A model generated the notes under the pieces. It saw only the letters and a list, made by a program, of their open reading frames with translations, was not told the origin of the DNA and made no database searches. The position numbers and the translations under genes are program-made. 64,000 nt of DNA from Promethearchaeota archaeon (GTDB lineage: Archaea > Asgardarchaeota > Lokiarchaeia > Sigyniarchaeales > SOKP01): NCBI GenBank assembly GCA_016839585.1, contig JAEOTZ010000021.1, positions 24,711 through 88,710 on the forward strand. The letters run 5' to 3'. This document shows positions 58,158 through 64,000 of this stretch, piece by piece. How positions within the stretch are numbered: the first letter of the stretch is position 1; the number at the start of each line of letters is the position of its first letter.

Positions 58158-58436
58158 ATGATGAGTTCAAATATAGGTGAATCGGAACCCGTCCTCAAGA
58201 TTAACGGTTTGTTCTATGAAGTTGAAATCGACAATAAAAAAAATGAAATCCTGGAGCAAAATTCCGATACTCCTATGAATGATAATTTAGCGATTCTTGA
58301 AGAAATCGGTGAGATTTTACATAATTGTACTATGCTGACTGAAAATCAAAAATTAGATTATTGCAAAAGTCAGCGATACTTCATGAAATTATACTTAAAA
58401 GAAGTTAATAGGGATTTAATAAGGAAAACAGTATAA
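58158..58436 (+). CDS. Hypothetical protein
   Basis: 92-aa ORF with ATG start. Confidence 0.5.
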   Translation: MMSSNIGESEPVLKINGLFYEVEIDNKKNEILEQNSDTPMNDNLAILEEIGEILHNCTMLTENQKLDYCKSQRYFMKLYLKEVNRDLIRKTV

Positions 58437-58689
58437 ATTTAATAAAAAGATAAATTGTAATAAATCCAGAGTTATTCATAGTAGTAATTAGTTTGGTATT
58501 TAGCTTTAACTAATTTTGTTTTTACTCATATTTCTCTTATTTTAATTGCTTTAAGAGAGAAATAATGAAAGTCTAAAATTTTTTTATTCCTCAATACGTT
58601 TAAAAAAAATTAAAAATTAATAAGCAAAGCTTTGAAATATTAATAATACAAATACAACTTATTAAAAAAATAAAAAAGTGTTATTTTAA

Positions 58690-60399
58690 ATGAGTAAAGA
58701 TAAATTTTGGCTTAAATCTTATGACAAGCATGTGACCCCAACTTTAACTTATCCAACAGAGGATCTTGGTACTTTGTTAACCAATGCAATGGAGAAATTT
58801 GCAGAAATTGTAGGTTTACATTTCATGGATCGTTCCTTTCTCTTCAAAGAAGTATTAGAATATTCTCGGAAATTTGCTACTTTCCTACAGAAAAATGGTT
58901 TGGAGAAAGGTGATGTTGTAGCAATATGTCTTGCAAATTCTCCCCAATACTTATTTGCTGCTTATGGAACATATATAGCTGGTGGTACTGTTACAGGGTG
59001 TTCACCATTGTTGAGCCCTGATGAACTTGAATATCAAATGAAGGATTCTGGTGCAAAACTTTTAGTTACCTTGGATATCCTTTATGAAAAAGTCTTTTCA
59101 AAGATACTTGATAATTTACCTAATGTACAAGTAATAGTTCCGACAAACATTTCAGAATTTATGGGTTTTGGTGGCTTTAAAGTATTTATGGGTAAAATGT
59201 TAAAAAAAATCCCTAAGGGAAAGATGGACCCATGGCCAGGAAAAACTGTTGTTCCATTTCTAGAAGCAATTGATATTGAAATCGATTTAAAGAAAGTAAG
59301 TATAGATCCCAAAAAAGACTTGGCAATGATACAATATACAGGAGGTACTACGGGACGCCCGAAAGGAACAGAAGTTACACAATTCAATATGATAGCTAAC
59401 ATAACGCAATTTGATGTTTGGCTTGATAGAGAAAAAGGAAAAGTAATGGTTCTCTCTGCATTTCCCCTCTTTCATATCGCGGGGTATTTCATTGGGCTTT
59501 TATTACCCTCTATAGGTGGTGCTCAAATATTAATAGCAAATCCAAGAGATACTGATCATATAATTGATGAACTTATTGATAAAAAACCAAATGCTTTTGG
59601 TAATGTACCCACACTCTTTTTAATGGTTCAAAATAACCCAAAATCGAAAAATATTCCACCAGAAGTCTTAGACAATATAGAAGTATATGTAAGTGGAGCT
59701 GCACCTTTTCCTCCTGAAGCCATTAGGGAATTTGAGAAAAAATTTCATACTGAGAATAAATTCATCGAAGTTTATGGAATGACGGAAACTTCACCTTTAG
59801 CAACTTCTAATCCAATGTATGGAGAGAAAAAAATTGGGACTGTTGGACTTCCACTACCAGATACGGACATTAAGCTTATAGATACCGAATCTGGGAAAGA
59901 AATAAAGGAAATTGGACAACCAGGTGAAATTTTGATAAAAGGACCTCAAGTGGTTAAACAATATCATAATAAACCTGAAGCTACAGCCATTACATTTGAT
60001 AAAGATGGTTATGTTCACACGGGTGATGTTGGTGTTTTTGATGATGATGGTTATTTAAAGATAGTGGATCGCACAAAAGATATGCTTATAGTAAGCGGAT
60101 TCAAGGTATATAGTGTACATGTTGAAGAAGTTATGACAAAACACCCTGACGTAAGTATAATCGCTATAATTGGAATTCCTAATCCAGATCGTCCAGGTGC
60201 AGAAATTGTTAAAGCAGTTATACAATTAAAGGAGGGTGTTTCCGCTACTGAAGATGTAAAAGAAAGCATTCAGAAATATGCTGAAGAAAACTTATCCAAA
60301 TATGAAGTTCCAAAACTTTGGGATTTCCGTGAAGAACTTCCATTAACAATGGTAGGTAAAGTATTGAAAAAAGCACTTCGAGAAGAGGAAAACAAATAA
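58690..60399 (+). CDS. fadD: Long-chain fatty acid-CoA ligase (AMP-binding)
   Basis: QYTGGTTGRPKG, PLFHI, SGAAP, YGMTETSP, TGD, VDRTKDM, TMVGKVLK. Confidence 0.9.
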   Translation: MSKDKFWLKSYDKHVTPTLTYPTEDLGTLLTNAMEKFAEIVGLHFMDRSFLFKEVLEYSRKFATFLQKNGLEKGDVVAICLANSPQYLFAAYGTYIAGGTVTGCSPLLSPDELEYQMKDSGAKLLVTLDILYEKVFSKILDNLPNVQVIVPTNISEFMGFGGFKVFMGKMLKKIPKGKMDPWPGKTVVPFLEAIDIEIDLKKVSIDPKKDLAMIQYTGGTTGRPKGTEVTQFNMIANITQFDVWLDREKGKVMVLSAFPLFHIAGYFIGLLLPSIGGAQILIANPRDTDHIIDELIDKKPNAFGNVPTLFLMVQNNPKSKNIPPEVLDNIEVYVSGAAPFPPEAIREFEKKFHTENKFIEVYGMTETSPLATSNPMYGEKKIGTVGLPLPDTDIKLIDTESGKEIKEIGQPGEILIKGPQVVKQYHNKPEATAITFDKDGYVHTGDVGVFDDDGYLKIVDRTKDMLIVSGFKVYSVHVEEVMTKHPDVSIIAIIGIPNPDRPGAEIVKAVIQLKEGVSATEDVKESIQKYAEENLSKYEVPKLWDFREELPLTMVGKVLKKALREEENK

Positions 60400-60484
60400 A
60401 ATTTATATCCTGAAAATTTTTTTTTCTAACTTTTTTTAAAAATTAATGAATTGGTTATCTAATTTCTAATCAATAATTTTTAGT

Positions 60485-62200
60485 TTAACAGTAATATTTC
60501 TTAACTTCTTTTATTACTAAATTGATCAAATCTTTAACATCCCCTATTCCATAAAAAGTAACTTTATCAAGCAAATCTTTAAACTTATCTTTCGGGATTT
60601 TTGTAGATCCAATAAAAAATCCAACAATTTTGTGATTTTCGGCTAAATTCATCATAGTTTTTTTAGCTCTACTCCAATTATATATTCCAAAATCTGTTAT
60701 CAAAAATATTAGAGCTTTTTTCTCCGCTTTTTCACATTGATTCGCTATTTCTTTTAGTGGTAAAACGGTTCCTCCTCCTTGATATCTTAAAAGGGTGTTC
60801 TCTGCTTTTTGGTAGTTAGCAGTCCAATTACAAATATCTGCTCTATTTGAAAAGTTAATAACACTTAATTTTACTCCCTTTTTTGCTGCATAATGGAGGG
60901 ATGCAAATGAAGCAACTAATGCTATATGATAAGGACCTTTACCTCGATTTGTGCGTGAGGTGTAATTCCATCCCATAGAACCAGAAGAATCTAATACAAT
61001 TAAAAGATCTGGGGTTTGTTTTTCTACATGATGCCCTGGTCCTTCTCTAAATGCCCATTTTCTTGTAGTAACATTTGGTATTATTACAGGGCTTGTTAAT
61101 AGAGTTTGTACAATATCTAATTCTTCCATTCTGTCGCCTAAACGCCATACTTCTGGATAAATTGGCAATTGCCCTCCAGGTTTTTCTTCATATATTTTAA
61201 TTTCAATTAAGTTTTTAGCTAATCCTCGATACCATGTAGCTAATGGACTGCCATCAACCAAGATACCTGCTTGTCTGGCCGGACCTCCAAATTCAGAATA
61301 AGGTATATCTTTCGCAAATTCCTCTGCTTTTTGTCTTAACTCATCTTCATTATCTTCTTTTAATTTATCTGAATTCTTATTCTCCAAAGGATTATCCATT
61401 ACTTCTAAAACATCCTTAGGTATTTCAATAAATGCACCACCTGGACTCTTTCTTTTTTCTTTCCCTTTACTCAAGATCCCACCTGTTCCAATTAAATTAA
61501 ATGTATCTTGAATCAAACTACTTAAATATCTAGCAATTATACTTACCTTTTTCTCCCAAGTTGATTCATCTTCGAGATTTTTTAAAATAACTTTTGTAAC
61601 TCTTTCTGCTAAGGAATCCATTTCTTTAAGTGTATCATCATTTAAAATTTCAACATCCCACATTCTTTCATAAGCTCGAAATAAAAATTTTGTGAAGCTA
61701 CTAATTGATCCCTTGCTTTTAATATGCTCATAAGTGATTTTTAGCTCCCACGTTATAAGACTAGGATATTTTTTGTATAATTTCGTATCAATTATTAAAT
61801 CTGCAAAAATATTTACAATTATAGGAGCATAATTCTGATTGACATTTTCCATTGCTGCCCTAAGTAATTTAGCATTAATTAAACCATCATAGGGAATAAT
61901 CTGATAATGTGAGACCTCATGGAGAGAAATGATATGAAAATAATCAATGTATTCATTGTCATCTTTTAAAATTGGTGTATTTGCAAGATTCATTGTTATT
62001 TGCCATTTATGTTCAGGGTCTATATAAAAACCTTCTAAATGAGTATAATCAAATATATAGTTTGGGTCATTAAGAGGAGGAAAATAAAATTCCGCAAGAG
62101 CTTTATTAAATGCGATTTTAGCTAATTCAATTATTTTCTCTTGTTTTGCAACTAGTTCTTTTTTAATAAGTTTTGATTTACTACGTTTAGATTGTGGCAT
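60485..62200 (-). CDS. VWA-domain protein with N-terminal HEXXH metallopeptidase-like domain
   Basis: LHEVSH, NIFADLIID; MIDAS VLDSSGSM, GGGT, LITD. Confidence 0.82.
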   Translation of the reverse strand: MPQSKRSKSKLIKKELVAKQEKIIELAKIAFNKALAEFYFPPLNDPNYIFDYTHLEGFYIDPEHKWQITMNLANTPILKDDNEYIDYFHIISLHEVSHYQIIPYDGLINAKLLRAAMENVNQNYAPIIVNIFADLIIDTKLYKKYPSLITWELKITYEHIKSKGSISSFTKFLFRAYERMWDVEILNDDTLKEMDSLAERVTKVILKNLEDESTWEKKVSIIARYLSSLIQDTFNLIGTGGILSKGKEKRKSPGGAFIEIPKDVLEVMDNPLENKNSDKLKEDNEDELRQKAEEFAKDIPYSEFGGPARQAGILVDGSPLATWYRGLAKNLIEIKIYEEKPGGQLPIYPEVWRLGDRMEELDIVQTLLTSPVIIPNVTTRKWAFREGPGHHVEKQTPDLLIVLDSSGSMGWNYTSRTNRGKGPYHIALVASFASLHYAAKKGVKLSVINFSNRADICNWTANYQKAENTLLRYQGGGTVLPLKEIANQCEKAEKKALIFLITDFGIYNWSRAKKTMMNLAENHKIVGFFIGSTKIPKDKFKDLLDKVTFYGIGDVKDLINLVIKEVKKYYC

Positions 62201-62217
62201 AAACCTTATTTATCTCT

Positions 62218-63945
62218 TTATTCTTGCTTTTGTATGTAATCTAAATTGTCTAGAATGGATCTTAATTTTAAAGCTTCTGATCCTCCAGAAATTTGAATAT
62301 TTACAAGTGAATCATCATTAGTTCCAGTAACATTAATTTCAATTAATAAATCTTCTGTTCGTATCTGCTTTGTTTGTCTTTGGTTAAATGCTTCTCTTAT
62401 TGGTTGATCTAAATTCGAAAATTCAGCCGCAATATCAGCCCATATTTCTTTCCAGTAAGAGTATTTAATAATATAATCTGTAACTGTCTGTTTATATAGT
62501 TCCCTATTACACCATTCAATTAAATCACCTCTATTCGGAAAATCAATATTTTCCATTAGATTATTTCGGATTTCCGCAAGCTTATTAATATCTCCTTTTT
62601 TAGTAGCGTCATTTATTTGTTGAGCAAGAGGAGAATATGTTTTATTATTAACTGAATTAATAAATGGAATTAAATCATATTTAACTATCAAATCATTTTT
62701 CTCAAATTTTTTCAATTCAGTGAGATCATTTTCCTTAGGACTCCCTTTGCGAAATCTTTCAGTAATTTGATAACAAATCTCACGGTTTTTAAATCGCTTC
62801 TGGATTAAGGTTAATATATTTTTAGAGAATTCAAATTTATTTCCATAATAAGGAGATTTATCTAATTCTCTTTTAACATATTCTACTCTATGTGAAATAA
62901 CATACGGAGCAATAGTATTAACAACATTGATATCAACTAAAGATAAATTTAGTAACCATGTGACTGCTTTTGAATATCGAAGGAGATCTTTAGCTACTCT
63001 GACGCTTAAAATCGAATCTATCTTATTACAAATATTCTGAGCAGTGTTAAAATGACATCCTGAACATAAACCTGTGCTAGGTTTAAGATCTTCGGTATTA
63101 CCCTTATCAACTCTAGCACATAATGTAAATTCTCTAATTATGGCATGTATATAAGTATTAACATCAGACAAGAAGGGTAATCTATTGACATAATACCAAA
63201 TTTCCATAAGATCGTCAATTGTTAAAATTTTAGGTACTTGAGTGAGTTCATCCCATCCGCTATATTTCTCATCTTTACCTGACAAAATTAATTGCAGATC
63301 ATGACTCGCAGGCATAGAAATAGGAACAGATATGCCAAATCTATCTAAAAATGGTTTTGATAATTCAAATGTTCCAACATCATGTGGATTTATCGTAGAA
63401 AATAAACAAAATTTATTAATTGTTATAATAGAATCATAATATTTAACGGTGCCTTCAGCAAGCAGAGAAAGTAATATATCTTGAGCATATGGTGTAAGGC
63501 GGTTTACTTCATCAATAATTTTCCAGAAGTTAGTGACAAATTGTCGCCATACAACCTCTTCCTCCCCTTCTTTCATTAACTTCCCAAGTTTTAATGTACC
63601 TATAAGTTTCTCTTCAGTTAATTGAGGATGACCTCTTATAATTGAGTTCTCGATTTCATTAAGAGAATAGGCAGTAAACATTCTTCCTAATAATTTTACT
63701 AGGGTTGTTTTACCTCCACCATGACCACCAATTAATAGCATAGCAGAATTGGGGACTAACGCATTCAATACACATAGAGATAATATTTCCGGTAAAAGCT
63801 GGGTTTTTACCTTTTTACTCTTCTCATCGATATGCTTAATTGTTAAAACTTTATAATGTACGAATAATTGATTTGCTTGAATGAGATTGATGATTTTCCA
63901 GACTTTTTTCCTTAGTTGGTTTTCTTCTCCTAATTTTGTCGACAT
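62218..63945 (-). CDS. MoxR-family AAA+ ATPase
   Basis: GGHGGGKTT, IRGHPQLTEEKLIG, IIDEVNR, TINP, FLDRF, SVR. Confidence 0.88.
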   Translation of the reverse strand: MSTKLGEENQLRKKVWKIINLIQANQLFVHYKVLTIKHIDEKSKKVKTQLLPEILSLCVLNALVPNSAMLLIGGHGGGKTTLVKLLGRMFTAYSLNEIENSIIRGHPQLTEEKLIGTLKLGKLMKEGEEEVVWRQFVTNFWKIIDEVNRLTPYAQDILLSLLAEGTVKYYDSIITINKFCLFSTINPHDVGTFELSKPFLDRFGISVPISMPASHDLQLILSGKDEKYSGWDELTQVPKILTIDDLMEIWYYVNRLPFLSDVNTYIHAIIREFTLCARVDKGNTEDLKPSTGLCSGCHFNTAQNICNKIDSILSVRVAKDLLRYSKAVTWLLNLSLVDINVVNTIAPYVISHRVEYVKRELDKSPYYGNKFEFSKNILTLIQKRFKNREICYQITERFRKGSPKENDLTELKKFEKNDLIVKYDLIPFINSVNNKTYSPLAQQINDATKKGDINKLAEIRNNLMENIDFPNRGDLIEWCNRELYKQTVTDYIIKYSYWKEIWADIAAEFSNLDQPIREAFNQRQTKQIRTEDLLIEINVTGTNDDSLVNIQISGGSEALKLRSILDNLDYIQKQE

Positions 63946-64000
63946 AAAGATGAATTTCCTAAGATTTTCAATATTAAATAAAAATCAGATTAATTATTTA

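Noticed and set aside
8383-60269. Remaining short track ORFs antisense to or nested in long genes (e.g. 8383, 12260, 13575, 14853, 24711, 38625, 41340, 45442, 54265, 59082)
   Set aside because: They overlap well-supported genes on the opposite strand and have no motifs of their own

Overview
Strongly AT-rich, gene-dense archaeal chromosomal window. It is most consistent with an Asgard archaeon (Lokiarchaeia-like): archaeal metabolic genes (hdrA, hdrB/C, DUF39-CBS plus NIL-ferredoxin, AfpA flavoprotein, PAC2 chaperone, SufC/SufBD) sit among eukaryotic-signature-type genes (Rab-like GTPase, tandem Roadblock, longin/uDENN-like protein, three Rpn11/CSN5-like MPN proteins), and many genes have GGTGA/GAGGT Shine-Dalgarno motifs and TTG starts. 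I recognised no rRNA, tRNA, CRISPR array or transposase. The best candidate for an undescribed system is the MPN/JAMM cluster at 29.9-34.7 kb. There a JAMM protease with an intact motif abuts a catalytically degenerate paralogue, both with long coiled-coil tails, recalling eukaryotic Rpn11/Rpn8, CSN5/CSN6 and BRCC36/Abraxas active-inactive pairs. Other notable signals: (i) a copA whose Cys/His tail has its own SD and in-frame ATG and is followed by an unannotated 55-aa paralogue; (ii) two Fe-S genes that apparently start at ATT; (iii) a missed 44-aa hyper-acidic peptide ending -DEEY, divergent from a methyltransferase/ATP-grasp fusion; (iv) a SIR2-TPR protein; (v) a beta-CASP nuclease with duplicated KH-like domains; (vi) a MoxR/HEXXH-VWA pair. 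All family assignments come from motifs read by eye, not from database searches.
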